DNA from: Candidatus Micrarchaeia archaeon
Lineage (GTDB): Archaea > Micrarchaeota > Micrarchaeia > CAILAH01
NCBI GenBank assembly: GCA_038874595.1
Contig: JAVZCB010000001.1
Span: 128,001 to 192,000 of the forward strand
DNA length: 64,000 nucleotides
Reading direction: 5' to 3'
In this document: positions 29,111 to 39,161 of the stretch, piece by piece
Position numbering within the stretch: position 1 is the first letter of the stretch
Layout of the letters: each line of letters begins with the position of its first letter
Translations under genes and position numbers: made by a program
The notes under the pieces: generated by a model
What the model was told of the DNA's origin: nothing
The model's input: the letters and a program-made list of their open reading frames with translations, nothing else
The model's database searches: none

Positions 29111-29695
29111 ATGAAGTTAAGGTATAGATATCCATCGGATTTAACAGCAAAGAACTGTAATGAGTTAGCTACTAACAGAAAAGAGTACGTAAAAGCACTG
29201 GCTTCAAGGTATTTCAGGCTCCAGCATGGGAAAAGCATACTTTTAAAAAAACAAAAAGAATACAATAACGATCAGCAGAATCAGGATATATTGACATTGC
29301 AATTGTGGAAAAATCACAATAAGATCCGTAAGCAGGAAGCGATGTTGCTCGCTACAATTAAAAATAAATCAGACTTCTATTCTGCTTTGCAAGGTGTTTA
29401 TGACGATTACAAAAATCACGAGGTAAAACTCAAGGAATCCCTATTGAAAAATCATATTATGTATGCGATCATAATGTTCCAGATATTTCTTAATGGTATA
29501 ATTGTTTATTGTAAAGAGCTTTCAGCAAAAGTGGCAATTTTTATTGGGGGTGCGGGAGTTTTTACAATATTTGCAGGAATGAGCAGTTTTTTGGATTCTC
29601 TGCATAAAAATAAGGATTATAAATTACTTGAAACAACCTATAACCGAACAATTGAAAAGTTTACAGAGATTTTTAAAGATAGAGGGTTTATATAG
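29111..29695 (+). CDS. Hypothetical protein with two TM helices
   Basis: 194-aa ORF, AT-rich, hydrophobic hairpin near the C-terminus. Confidence 0.6.
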   Translation: MKLRYRYPSDLTAKNCNELATNRKEYVKALASRYFRLQHGKSILLKKQKEYNNDQQNQDILTLQLWKNHNKIRKQEAMLLATIKNKSDFYSALQGVYDDYKNHEVKLKESLLKNHIMYAIIMFQIFLNGIIVYCKELSAKVAIFIGGAGVFTIFAGMSSFLDSLHKNKDYKLLETTYNRTIEKFTEIFKDRGFI

Positions 29696-29931
29696 AGAAA
29701 TAAATTAAGAAATTCTAATATTTTATTAGAATTGATAGAATCAAGCAATTTTTTAGATTTTCTAAAAAGATATGGGTTTTATGTTTTAAAACTGTTTTAA
29801 TCTATACCAACTGTTGATTTTTTTGGTAAACACAATGGGATAAAATACTTTATTGATAAACCGATTTGGAAGCTATAAACTCCTTTTTAAAAAGTTGATT
29901 TACCATTATGATGTTTAATGAAAATTTTTGA

Positions 29932-30133
29932 TAGTACAACCTTGCTTGCAGCCCAAACTGGACCAGAAACAATGAAAACAGCTGGTGAGAAGGGTTTTTG
30001 TTTACTGCATCAGTAACTGTGCCAGCATTGCTGAAAATGCTGTTTACTTAAGCAGTTTACGATTTTTTACTTACTAAAATTTACGACGGAGAAAAGAGTT
30101 TGCATCTTTGGTCCAGTTTTGGCCTGTGTACTA
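29932..30133. other. Non-coding element bounded by inverted repeats
   Basis: aaactggacca (29955-29965) / tggtccagttt (30109-30119) perfect 11-bp IR, plus tagtac/gtacta outer ends, within a ~570-bp AT-rich gene-free gap. Confidence 0.5.
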
Positions 30134-30275
30134 GGGGTAAATGCAAAAATAGTTATAAAAAATATTTTTGAATATTATATTAGATTTTCTAATAGTTTTT
30201 TAGAAAACAATATTCAAAAATAATATTCAAAATAATTAAAAGATAGAAAACCCAAAGGGTGCTAAAACTTTTTCT

Positions 30276-30861
30276 CTATCTCTTTAAAGAGCCAAGTGCA
30301 AATTTAATAAACTCGCTTAATGTGCCACCACCATTATGGTTCCACACTTTTGCAAGCTCCTTGTACTCATCCACTTCTTTTTTGTATTCTGAAAGGTGCT
30401 TTTCATATTGCGCTCTCTCATGTACTCCGGGGACCCAATGATAAGGGCATGCGCGGGAGTTTAAGCTTTGAAACCCTTCCTTTGTGGGCGAGAATGGATA
30501 GGTGCGGCAGAGCATAGGCCTGCTCTGATAGATTGAACAGCCCTCTGAAAAATAAAACAGGCATATGCGGTTATTATGAAGCTCTTTTTCCATATAAGCG
30601 GGATAGGCAGGGCCAATCCGCTTGTTATAAAGCTCTTTCCACTTAAGCACGATTAAAGAGCTCCCCTTCAATAAGGACAGCTGGCTCTGGGCGTTCCCGG
30701 CCTTCCTGCTCTGGGATCACGTGCAAAAAGTCTTCAGGTTCTAATCCAGTGGCTTTCTTTATTCTAAGAATATCATATGGATTAACACAAACCTTTAATT
30801 GTGTGTAATACCTTCCACAATGAAATCATCAGGTCGTTTTAATTATATTGACGATTTCCAT
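30276..30861 (-). pseudogene. YkgJ/CxxCxxCC-family Cys-cluster protein pseudogene
   Basis: From ATG 30861: MEIVNIIKTT**FHCGRYY..VNPYDILRI; frameshift near 30660 into the frame with CLF..GCSIYQSRPMLCRTYPF..ACP. Confidence 0.8.
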
Positions 30862-30921
30862 GGGGTTATATAATATATTCTAACATAATGTTAGAATTTC
30901 TAAATCTTTTTGAATAGATGC

Positions 30922-33132
30922 TTATTCAATTCGCATCAATAATGAATTTGAAACAACAGATATTGAGCTAAAAACCATTGCTATTCCAGCAATTACTGGA
31001 TTAAGAAGAAATCCATTAATTGGGTAAAGAACACCCATGGCAACCGGAATACTTACTATATTGTAGAAAAATGCCCAGAACAGATTTTGTTTTATCTTCT
31101 CATAGACGTACTTGCTGAGCTGTACCGCCGTAACAAGATCTGTCAAATTGTTCTTTACAAGAACAACGTTACCACTTTCTATGGCAACATCTGTTCCAGC
31201 ACCTATTGCAACCCCTATGTTCGCCTGAGCAAGTGCAGGCGCATCGTTTATGCCATCTCCAACAAATGCAACCTTTTTCCCTGAAGACTGTAATTCCCTT
31301 ACCCTAGCAGCCTTCTCATGTGGGAGTACGTTTGAAAGCACCTCATCTATTCCAGCCTCTTTTGCAATTGCCTGTGCAACCTGCTTATTATCTCCTGTTA
31401 TCATCATGGTTTTATATCCAAGAGAGTGAAGTTTTGCTATTGTCACACGTGAATCTTCCTTTATTGTATCTGCTATCGCAAGCAACCCTATAATCCTATT
31501 GTTGACTGCAACAAAAACAACCGTTTTACCTTGTAATTCAAGCTTACGATATATTGATTCATAAACAATTCCCTTAATCTTGTGCATGCTCATTAAAGCA
31601 ATGTTCCCAATTAGTACCTTCTTTCCTGAAACAACTGCTGCAATCCCATACCCTTCAATAGCATTAAAGTGAGAGGACTTAAGGATACGAACTTTTGCGT
31701 CCTTTGCTTTATTAACAATTGCCTGAGCAAGAGGATGCTCTGAGTTTTTTTCTGCTGATGCTGCGATTATAAGCAGTTCTTTCTGAGAACCTATAACTGG
31801 GATGATATCCGTAACAACTGCCTTCCCTTTAGTTATCGTACCTGTCTTATCCAGAATAATCGTGTCAACCTTGTGAAGGTTTTCAAGACTCTCAGCATCT
31901 TTGAAAAGAATACCTTTATCAGCACCCTTACCAGTACCGAGTACAATGGCAGTTGGAGTGGCAAGACCCATAGCACACGGACACGCGATTATGATGGTTG
32001 CAACAAATGTGGAGAGCGCAAATGTTAGAGATTGACCTACAACAAAGTACCAATATATAAATGCAGTAAGTGCTAAAACTAGTACCATCCATACAAAATA
32101 TCCAGAAACGATATCTGCAAGTTTCTGTACTGGTGCCTTACTGCTTTGTGCATTTTCAACAAGATGTATTATTTGAGCGAGCAAGGTCTCGCTTCCAACC
32201 TTACTAGCCTTAAACTTAAATGACCCAGTTTTGTTTGTAGTTGCACCTATTACAGTATCACCTTTCTTCTTATATACAGGGAGACTTTCACCAGTAATCA
32301 TGCTTTCATCAATACTGCTTGCACCCTCTAAAATAATACCATCGACGGGTATTTTTTCTCCTGGCCTGACAATGACTATATCTCCAACTTGCACATCACT
32401 TACATTTACTTCAACTTCCTTACCTCTTCGTATGACCCTTGCCATCTTTGGTTGTAATCCGATCAACTTTTTTATTGCTTCAGAGGTCTTTCCCTTAACA
32501 ACTGCCTCCATATACTTTCCGATCGTGATAAACGTGATAATAAGTGCAGATGTCTCATAGTACATACTACCTTGTATTATATTAAAACCAGTTAGTATGC
32601 TATACAAATATCCTGTCCCTACTCCTAATAGAACAAGACTATCCATTCCGGGCATCATGCTCAAAAAGCTGTGCACACCTCTAATAAAAGTCTCTCGGTT
32701 TATATAAAGAACAATTGATGTAAGAATAAACTGTGCAAGTGGAGTACCAGATATTATCATCTCTGGATATGTGATAGCTACGGTTCCATGCAACATCTCA
32801 GGCAAAGCAAGGAGTAATATAAGGAGTGTGAGTATTATAGAATGAATTGCTCGTTGTTTCATATTCTGCATTTCACGTTCACGGGCCCTTTTTTCAATAT
32901 CTTCAAGAACAGGTTGTGCCTCTTCCTTTATATTGGTCTTATAACCGAGACTCTCAATCGTACTAGATATTGTGCGTAAATCCGCTGGTGCATCATACTC
33001 CACTAATGCTGTGTTGTTTACAAAGCTTACATTTGCCGAAGCCACTCCGGCTATTTTCCTCAACTTGTTCTCTATGTTTACTGCACAACTCGTACAATGC
33101 ATACCACTTATGTATACTTTTAACTTTTTCAT
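30922..33132 (-). CDS. copA: Copper-translocating P1B-type ATPase
   Basis: GMHCTSC HMA domain, [26 protein letters not shown] and MxxSS. Confidence 0.95.
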   Translation of the reverse strand: MKKLKVYISGMHCTSCAVNIENKLRKIAGVASANVSFVNNTALVEYDAPADLRTISSTIESLGYKTNIKEEAQPVLEDIEKRAREREMQNMKQRAIHSIILTLLILLLALPEMLHGTVAITYPEMIISGTPLAQFILTSIVLYINRETFIRGVHSFLSMMPGMDSLVLLGVGTGYLYSILTGFNIIQGSMYYETSALIITFITIGKYMEAVVKGKTSEAIKKLIGLQPKMARVIRRGKEVEVNVSDVQVGDIVIVRPGEKIPVDGIILEGASSIDESMITGESLPVYKKKGDTVIGATTNKTGSFKFKASKVGSETLLAQIIHLVENAQSSKAPVQKLADIVSGYFVWMVLVLALTAFIYWYFVVGQSLTFALSTFVATIIIACPCAMGLATPTAIVLGTGKGADKGILFKDAESLENLHKVDTIILDKTGTITKGKAVVTDIIPVIGSQKELLIIAASAEKNSEHPLAQAIVNKAKDAKVRILKSSHFNAIEGYGIAAVVSGKKVLIGNIALMSMHKIKGIVYESIYRKLELQGKTVVFVAVNNRIIGLLAIADTIKEDSRVTIAKLHSLGYKTMMITGDNKQVAQAIAKEAGIDEVLSNVLPHEKAARVRELQSSGKKVAFVGDGINDAPALAQANIGVAIGAGTDVAIESGNVVLVKNNLTDLVTAVQLSKYVYEKIKQNLFWAFFYNIVSIPVAMGVLYPINGFLLNPVIAGIAMVFSSISVVSNSLLMRIE

Positions 33133-33164
33133 AGAATCATCTCTAGTTATCTAGAATTACAATT

Positions 33165-34157
33165 CTAACTACGTATACTGCAAGCGCGAGCATCACTATC
33201 GCAGCAATCTCCACCACTAGCACAACAACCACAACCTGCAACGGAAGAAATTTGTGTTGGAGTAGACACTTTCTCACTGATAACCTTTGCAGGATATGTT
33301 TTAAATACTTCAATTCCAAGGATCTGGTCTTTGTTTGCTATTCTATCATCATATTCAATATAGAACTTATTTGGAGAATCAAAACGCACATTGAGTATGC
33401 CTTCAAGCCTCTTTAATTCGCTTGTTATAAGTGGTGCATGACCAGGGCAGGGAATAGATACTTCCAAGTATATTGACCTAAATTGCTGTTTGGAAGTTAG
33501 TGAGGTTGGTGCTGAAACTCTACTCTGTGCATTGGCAAATGTTGCTGTTGTAATTGGCTGTTGCACAGCTTGGATATTTGCAAGTATTGGAAATATAAAT
33601 AAGAACATTAAGAGATTAACTCCTACTGTGGTACCATACATTATTGCAAGATATTTCCACTTCTTTTTTGCACCCACCCACGAAAGCAAACCATTCTTGT
33701 GCAGGTACAATACAGATGAAACTGTCGCAAACCCAACTGAGATTAACAACAAAACATAAAAGAAGTGCTGGTTGAGCAATAGAGACTTAAAAAGAGATGT
33801 CAGAAATGTAACTCCAAGTATTGAACCTATTATAAATGCAATGCAACCAATGTGCGGAATAAGCCCATATGTTATACCTTCTAGCAAGGGTGTGTTTTTT
33901 TCATTTGAATCGAGGTTTGCTTGTGTTTCTATCTTATCCGCGCCAATAGTGTATCCAAGAGATACTACAGTCTTTTTTATCACATCTATGGTTATATACT
34001 GTGGATCAAAAGTTACCGTTGCTTTTTCATCTAAAAGATCTACGTTCACTGCCTTCACTCCCTCAAGACCTCTAATGGTATACTCTATCCTATCCACACA
34101 ACTCTTACAACGCATACCTTTTATCGAAAAGGTTTCCGTTTGCATGTTTTCGCTCAT
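33165..34157 (-). CDS. Membrane protein with two HMA-like domains and Cys-rich tail
   Basis: GMRCKSC N-terminal HMA, TM region with PHIGC, second HMA-like IPCPGH, tail GCGCCASGGDCC; likely start ATG 34157. Confidence 0.8.
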   Translation of the reverse strand: MSENMQTETFSIKGMRCKSCVDRIEYTIRGLEGVKAVNVDLLDEKATVTFDPQYITIDVIKKTVVSLGYTIGADKIETQANLDSNEKNTPLLEGITYGLIPHIGCIAFIIGSILGVTFLTSLFKSLLLNQHFFYVLLLISVGFATVSSVLYLHKNGLLSWVGAKKKWKYLAIMYGTTVGVNLLMFLFIFPILANIQAVQQPITTATFANAQSRVSAPTSLTSKQQFRSIYLEVSIPCPGHAPLITSELKRLEGILNVRFDSPNKFYIEYDDRIANKDQILGIEVFKTYPAKVISEKVSTPTQISSVAGCGCCASGGDCCDSDARACSIRS

Positions 34158-34158
34158 G

Positions 34159-34240
34159 GTTACAAATAAGCTGAAACTGCAGTTAAATATTTGTAACAGA
34201 AAAATGAAACTGCATATATATTTCACTGAAACTAGTTTCA
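34159..34240. promoter_or_regulatory. Palindromic putative operators in the HMA/copA promoter
   Basis: tgaaactagtttca perfect palindrome (34227-34240); tgaaa..tttca (34205-34225); 10-bp IR gttacaaata/tatttgtaac (34159-34197). Confidence 0.55.
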
Positions 34241-34245
34241 TAATC

Positions 34246-34719
34246 TTACTTTCGGAGGAGGATCATGTTTGTCATTCCGCGCCTTCTTCTTTCAATGAGA
34301 CCTTTCCCCTCTAGCTTATCAAGCAGACGGGAAATACGCACCTTGCCAAACCCTGTCTTATCAACCAGTTCGGATTGGTAAATTGCACCATTTGATTTAA
34401 TAATTAGTTTAATTATCTCCTTTTCTTCACCAGAAAGTCTTGAATATAAGTCTTCCTGCTTGTTTGGTGCCGCAACATTAAATTCAGCTTTCTTTTTATC
34501 ACTGAAAAAAATAAGATACAATCCAATTAAAATTATCACTACCATTATACCTAAACCTATGTTGGTCTGGAATTCTATTGTATCCCACATAGGGCATGTA
34601 GGTCCATGTGTACATGATTGATTTACTATATCAGTTAATGCTGTGTTAAAAGAATATACAATATAACCTATAAGTATTGATATGAACACTATTAGATATC
34701 CGATTGTTCGATTATCCAT
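34246..34719 (-). CDS. Membrane-anchored winged-helix transcriptional regulator
   Basis: Two TM helices flanking SCTHGPTCPMW; C-terminal IYQSELVDKTGFGKVRISRLLDKLEGKGLIERRRRGMTN. Confidence 0.85.
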   Translation of the reverse strand: MDNRTIGYLIVFISILIGYIVYSFNTALTDIVNQSCTHGPTCPMWDTIEFQTNIGLGIMVVIILIGLYLIFFSDKKKAEFNVAAPNKQEDLYSRLSGEEKEIIKLIIKSNGAIYQSELVDKTGFGKVRISRLLDKLEGKGLIERRRRGMTNMILLRK

Positions 34720-34775
34720 TTTGATCAGTATTTTTAGCCTTTATATGTTTTTATTGTTTATTTAGATCCCTTACA

Positions 34776-34795
34776 GGTGTCAATGAGTTGACACC
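34776..34795. promoter_or_regulatory. Palindromic site upstream of the regulator gene
   Basis: ggtgtcaa-tgag-ttgacacc with 8-bp perfect arms, ~30 bp upstream of a minus-strand TATA-like box (34739-34747). Confidence 0.5.
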
Positions 34796-34961
34796 GGACA
34801 GAGACTCACCTCTATTGTGATTAGAAGGTTATCTAAATATTATTTTCCTTAAGAGATTTTTGAGTATTTATATCGAACAACACCTATATAATAAAATTTT
34901 GATATGTTGTTTCACAATTAATAGTTCTTTCTGAAGATAGAAGTTCTTTGATGAGAACTCT

Positions 34962-35603
34962 CTAGTAAACTTTAGCATTTTTAGTAGTAAGTGTTTCATG
35001 CCATAATTGTAGTGGTCTTACCTTTGAAACTTCTCTTTTAATGTGTGAAAAACACTTCTTTTCTTCGGCATTGAGATGGCCGCGTGTAAGGGTTACCTGC
35101 CCCTTTCCCCTTGCCTTATTAAACGAAAACGTAAATCCAAACCCTATAAAGAAATCTCTCAAAAGACCATATTTTTCCTTGTCATATGTTTTACTTATGG
35201 GATTATACCCTACATCCTCCCCAAAAATTTCCTCAACAATAAAAGCAAAATTGAATTTGTGCAATACATCAAGCATTTCCCTCATAAAATATGCACCTTC
35301 CTGTGTACTAAACAGCTCTGGCCGCATATTAAAGTTAGGGTTTGGCGGGGAGTGGAATCCACACTTGTCTGATTTTACCAGAAGAATCCCAGCCTGTTTG
35401 CTTTCCATTGCCTCATCCCAGATTTCAACACTGAGCATTCTCCTTTCTTTTTTTGTGATTTTCCCAGTGTAGCTAAAATCTTTTGCGATTACAAGATAAT
35501 TCCTGCCACGGACATCTATTTTTTTAGGATAGCCGTCTGCAGGAACAGCATCAAGGTACGCAAAGAATTCCTCATTGGTTACTTCGTCACTACAGCTTCC
35601 CAT
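34962..35603 (-). CDS. Hypothetical protein
   Basis: 213-aa ORF with ATG and upstream TATA-like element. Confidence 0.6.
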   Translation of the reverse strand: MGSCSDEVTNEEFFAYLDAVPADGYPKKIDVRGRNYLVIAKDFSYTGKITKKERRMLSVEIWDEAMESKQAGILLVKSDKCGFHSPPNPNFNMRPELFSTQEGAYFMREMLDVLHKFNFAFIVEEIFGEDVGYNPISKTYDKEKYGLLRDFFIGFGFTFSFNKARGKGQVTLTRGHLNAEEKKCFSHIKREVSKVRPLQLWHETLTTKNAKVY

Positions 35604-35687
35604 GTATGAATATAGATGTAAAAACTATATAAAAACGCTGAATTCTTCTAAGTAGGCTTATATTATTTGAATAGCCTTTATATCAAT

Positions 35688-36029
35688 ATGCGCTGGGTTC
35701 TAAGGTCAAAAATACACAATGCAACTGTGACAGAATCTAATCTTAACTACATTGGAAGTATCACAATTGATAAGGCGCTTATTGAAAAGGCTGGTTTTAT
35801 CCCTGGAGAAAAGGTGACCGTTGCAAGCACAACTACAGGAGCACGGCTTGAAACCTATATAATAGAAGGAAAAAAGAATTCCGGTGTAATTGCAATGAAC
35901 GGCCCTGCAGCACATATAATAAAAGCAGGGGAACACGTCGTGATTATGGCGTTTGAGCTCGCTTCAAAGAAAATCAAGCCAAAAGTTATACTAGTTGATG
36001 AGCACAACCGTTTTTTGAGACAACTGTAA
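35688..36029 (+). CDS. panD: Aspartate 1-decarboxylase (pyruvoyl-dependent)
   Basis: LRSKIHNATVT, YIG/SITID cleavage site, GARLETYII, NGPAAH. Confidence 0.95.
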   Translation: MRWVLRSKIHNATVTESNLNYIGSITIDKALIEKAGFIPGEKVTVASTTTGARLETYIIEGKKNSGVIAMNGPAAHIIKAGEHVVIMAFELASKKIKPKVILVDEHNRFLRQL

Positions 36030-36039
36030 AAATGGCCTC

Positions 36040-36519
36040 TCATTTAAAGCCCACTAGCATGCTTCCCACACCAATGAACATAAGAAACAGTGCCAATCCA
36101 GTACACACACCCTCATTAAAGGGTGATTCACTTTTGAATGCTGCCGCAGGCAATACATCATTAAGCTGTGCCTCACAATCGGCAATACACTTCTGGCGTT
36201 GTATGTTTGCATTTGACATTACATTATCAAGGCAGCACTTTTGTAATGAGTCCCAGCATACAGTTATACAAGTATCCCAGTTTGAGCTGTTGCACATCTC
36301 CCTGCACGCATAGAAGTCTGAGGGGCATTTTTCTTTTGGGCTAACTACACTGTCAGGACATCGCATTGGTGATGTGTCTGCCACCCCCCAGTGTCCATAA
36401 TTTGCCTTTTGTGTTTCAATATAGTCGTAATATTCTGTTTGGCATTTTGCAGCACATTCATTAGCATAAGCTAAAGAGAATGAAACAACAACCAACATAA
36501 GAAAGAGCTGCCTTATCAC
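36040..36519 (-). CDS. Secreted Cys-rich protein with C-terminal membrane anchor
   Basis: Signal peptide, CxxxC repeats, C-terminal GVCTG + hydrophobic helix + K. Confidence 0.7.
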   Translation of the reverse strand: MIRQLFLMLVVVSFSLAYANECAAKCQTEYYDYIETQKANYGHWGVADTSPMRCPDSVVSPKEKCPSDFYACREMCNSSNWDTCITVCWDSLQKCCLDNVMSNANIQRQKCIADCEAQLNDVLPAAAFKSESPFNEGVCTGLALFLMFIGVGSMLVGFK

Positions 36520-36569
36520 GCTATAAAATTAGGTAGTAAAATTAATAACTATATATAAAACCAAACGGC

Positions 36570-37043
36570 TTATTCGTCCATTTTTTCTACAATTTTACTT
36601 ACCAATTCTTCTCTATCGCAATTTAGGCCGTATTTCTTAATTATCTCATCTGCTGCTCCGTAAAAAACGGATCCATTATGCAGCAAAAGATTGCGCTCTC
36701 CCTCTATATATCTCTGATGCAGCTTTTCCATTTCGGGAGTGATCTTAACATTAACCCCTACTAGATTGTTGTTTTTATCATAGCACATTATTGTTGCATA
36801 GTTGCCATCTTTGTTGCTAGTCAAAGATTGCTCTTTGGTGTTAGATAATGGATTTTCAGGATTGTTTTGGCACGCCGTTGTAACCATTAAAGACATTAAT
36901 GCAATAGCGGCACCAGTACGTGCTTTTCTTAGTATGCGTTTTACTATGCCTTCAGGAGCAGGTTTTTTTTGCATTATCACCTGCGAAAACGTATTTTTCT
37001 CTGGTTGGCCTTCATTATGCAAAGTGTTTTGTTTGTGATTCAT
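36570..37043 (-). CDS. Hypothetical lipoprotein-like protein
   Basis: Basic stretch followed by hydrophobic AAIALMSLMVTTAC. Confidence 0.55.
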   Translation of the reverse strand: MNHKQNTLHNEGQPEKNTFSQVIMQKKPAPEGIVKRILRKARTGAAIALMSLMVTTACQNNPENPLSNTKEQSLTSNKDGNYATIMCYDKNNNLVGVNVKITPEMEKLHQRYIEGERNLLLHNGSVFYGAADEIIKKYGLNCDREELVSKIVEKMDE

Positions 37044-37149
37044 GAGGATATTTTATAAGAACACATATATATAATTTTCTTTTAAGCTGTTGTGATTCTT
37101 GTGGTATAAAAAAGAAATCTTTATATATTACAAAAATAAGAATAAATAC

Positions 37150-37665
37150 ATGTCTGAGATGCAAAATCAATTGAAGCCCAAATATCTCAAGAAAACTGTT
37201 GCGAGCGTGCAGGAATTCAAAAGAAAATTCCTTGAATTCGATAAGGATACTGCAAAAAAAGAGCTTGATAACATCAAAGAGATTTTTTATTATGAGAAAA
37301 AGGCAGCTGCAAGAAAGAGTGAACGGCTGTACAAAATAGAGAATATCTTAGAAACGATAGAAAAAAATTCATTTGAGAATTTTATATGTGCTTCAGTATG
37401 CCTTCTTGGCTATTATGGCTCTGCAGGATTTCTTGTTGGGTCGATTGTAAGTTATCTGAAGGGAGATGTTGATACTTTTAAGAATTTGTTTAAGATAAGC
37501 GTTTTATTTGGTGGAGGGGCTACAGTTTTCTTAGGTGTATGCAGACTAATCGAGCAAGCCGCAAATTATTTAATAAGAAAGTGTACTGATAAAGAATTGG
37601 AAATTTACGAGGAAATTCGCAGGACGGATAAAGAGATTCATAATATTGAGAAAGAAATCAAATAA
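37150..37665 (+). CDS. Hypothetical protein with two TM helices
   Basis: Charged helices flanking a hydrophobic hairpin. Confidence 0.6.
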   Translation: MSEMQNQLKPKYLKKTVASVQEFKRKFLEFDKDTAKKELDNIKEIFYYEKKAAARKSERLYKIENILETIEKNSFENFICASVCLLGYYGSAGFLVGSIVSYLKGDVDTFKNLFKISVLFGGGATVFLGVCRLIEQAANYLIRKCTDKELEIYEEIRRTDKEIHNIEKEIK

Positions 37666-38478
37666 TTACATTATTTTTCGTATTTCTTCAATCCGCTTTT
37701 CAGCAGGCACTGATACCTTATAGAAATCCCAGAATATATCCTTTACAAATCGTATCCATATCGGGTCCTTTATTTCGTAATATATAGTTTTCTTAAGTGC
37801 TGCCGGCGTTTCAACAAGCCTTACCAACTTATCATCAACTATTGCGCCTCGGAGCGGCTGGTCAACGTGCCGTATATCTATTGCATCCATCCCAAATTTT
37901 TTATTTAGCATAAGAAGCTGCTCAACCCGATTAAGGGACTTTGTATCTATCCGTCCAAGCATATGTATTGTTGTGCCTCTCTCAATCACATCAACAATTG
38001 TTTTCATAACCTTTTTTCCTTTTTCGGTACTTTGTACCCACGAGAAATCTCCAGAGAATGAAAGGTATTCATTTTTGGCAAGTTGCAAGAGGTTATTTAT
38101 GTCTTCATGGCCTTTTTCTATAAATGTGGTCTCCTCAGCCTCCCAAAATGCCTTTTTCATTTTCTCATCAACATACTGATACAATTCGAACGGCGAAAAA
38201 TCCGTTTTATTGTTAGCGTTCATAATTCTCTTATATAGAAATTTCATCAATTGGCCCTTGTTTTTTGCATCCGCAGTTATAAATACAATTTTTAGACCTC
38301 CTCTTAAACCGTTTTTGAAGACATGTGTAGATATCGACCCATCTGTTTTACACAATTCATCAATGTATTTATCAGCCGTTTTCCATGAAACTTCTAACGA
38401 GTTAGCGATTTCTATTATAGAATGCGGCCTTTGTGCCAGGAGTTGTTTTATTTTATCTATTTTATCCGGTGAGAGCAT
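37666..38478 (-). CDS. HTH regulator with TrmB/PLD-like C-terminal domain
   Basis: SIIEIANSLEVSWKTADKYI HTH; LRGAIVDDK..FWDFY TrmB-like effector domain. Confidence 0.6.
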   Translation of the reverse strand: MLSPDKIDKIKQLLAQRPHSIIEIANSLEVSWKTADKYIDELCKTDGSISTHVFKNGLRGGLKIVFITADAKNKGQLMKFLYKRIMNANNKTDFSPFELYQYVDEKMKKAFWEAEETTFIEKGHEDINNLLQLAKNEYLSFSGDFSWVQSTEKGKKVMKTIVDVIERGTTIHMLGRIDTKSLNRVEQLLMLNKKFGMDAIDIRHVDQPLRGAIVDDKLVRLVETPAALKKTIYYEIKDPIWIRFVKDIFWDFYKVSVPAEKRIEEIRKIM

Positions 38479-38543
38479 CAGTAAGACCTTTTAAAATATG
38501 GCAGAGAATTTTAAAAACCAGCACATGATTTTGCAGTATCAAA

Positions 38544-39074
38544 ATGTTTTTAAGTATAATGACTACCAAAAAATTCGGTGAACCTATGAGTGAGATTAAA
38601 AAGTATGTACAGGATCTAAGGTCTAAAAGTTTAAAGGACAGAGGAAGTGCCCTTGATTGGATAAACAAACATGCTAAACTAGTAGATTGTACTGTTGCGA
38701 TTCCAGCGCTTATTGAATGCCTAAAAGATGACCATTTAAGTATACGCCATATGGCAAGAAAGGTGCTGATAGAATTAGGAAAACCTACTTTACCACATCT
38801 ACTTGAAGCAATGAAATGCAATAATCACCATGCCAAATTCCAAGGAGGTATCATCATCAAAGCGCTTGCTGAAAAAGGTATTGATTGTTCAGTAGCCGTT
38901 CCTACACTCAAAGAGGCGTTAAAAGACGAAAGCGAGTATGTGCAGCTTGCCGCCCAGCTTGCACTTAAGGAGATTTATGCAAAGCAGATGTGCGCAAGGC
39001 CGGAAAAAGATAAGAAGTTCCCAGAAAAGAATCCCCCAGAAAAAACACCTCATAAGGACAGATCAAAAGTATAA
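38544..39074 (+). CDS. HEAT-repeat protein
   Basis: AIPALIECLKDDHLSIR and AVPTLKEALKDESEYVQLAA. Confidence 0.8.
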   Translation: MFLSIMTTKKFGEPMSEIKKYVQDLRSKSLKDRGSALDWINKHAKLVDCTVAIPALIECLKDDHLSIRHMARKVLIELGKPTLPHLLEAMKCNNHHAKFQGGIIIKALAEKGIDCSVAVPTLKEALKDESEYVQLAAQLALKEIYAKQMCARPEKDKKFPEKNPPEKTPHKDRSKV

Positions 39075-39161
39075 CTGCCTTTTTTTCCTTTTTTGAAGTA
39101 TACGAAAGTTTTAATATTGTTCCCTCTTTAAACTACCATTGACATATAGAGAGTGGTATAA

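Noticed and set aside
30826-30831. Selenocysteine at tandem TGA codons
   Set aside because: The same gene has a frameshift and Cys-to-Tyr changes, so decay is simpler; no SECIS was recognised
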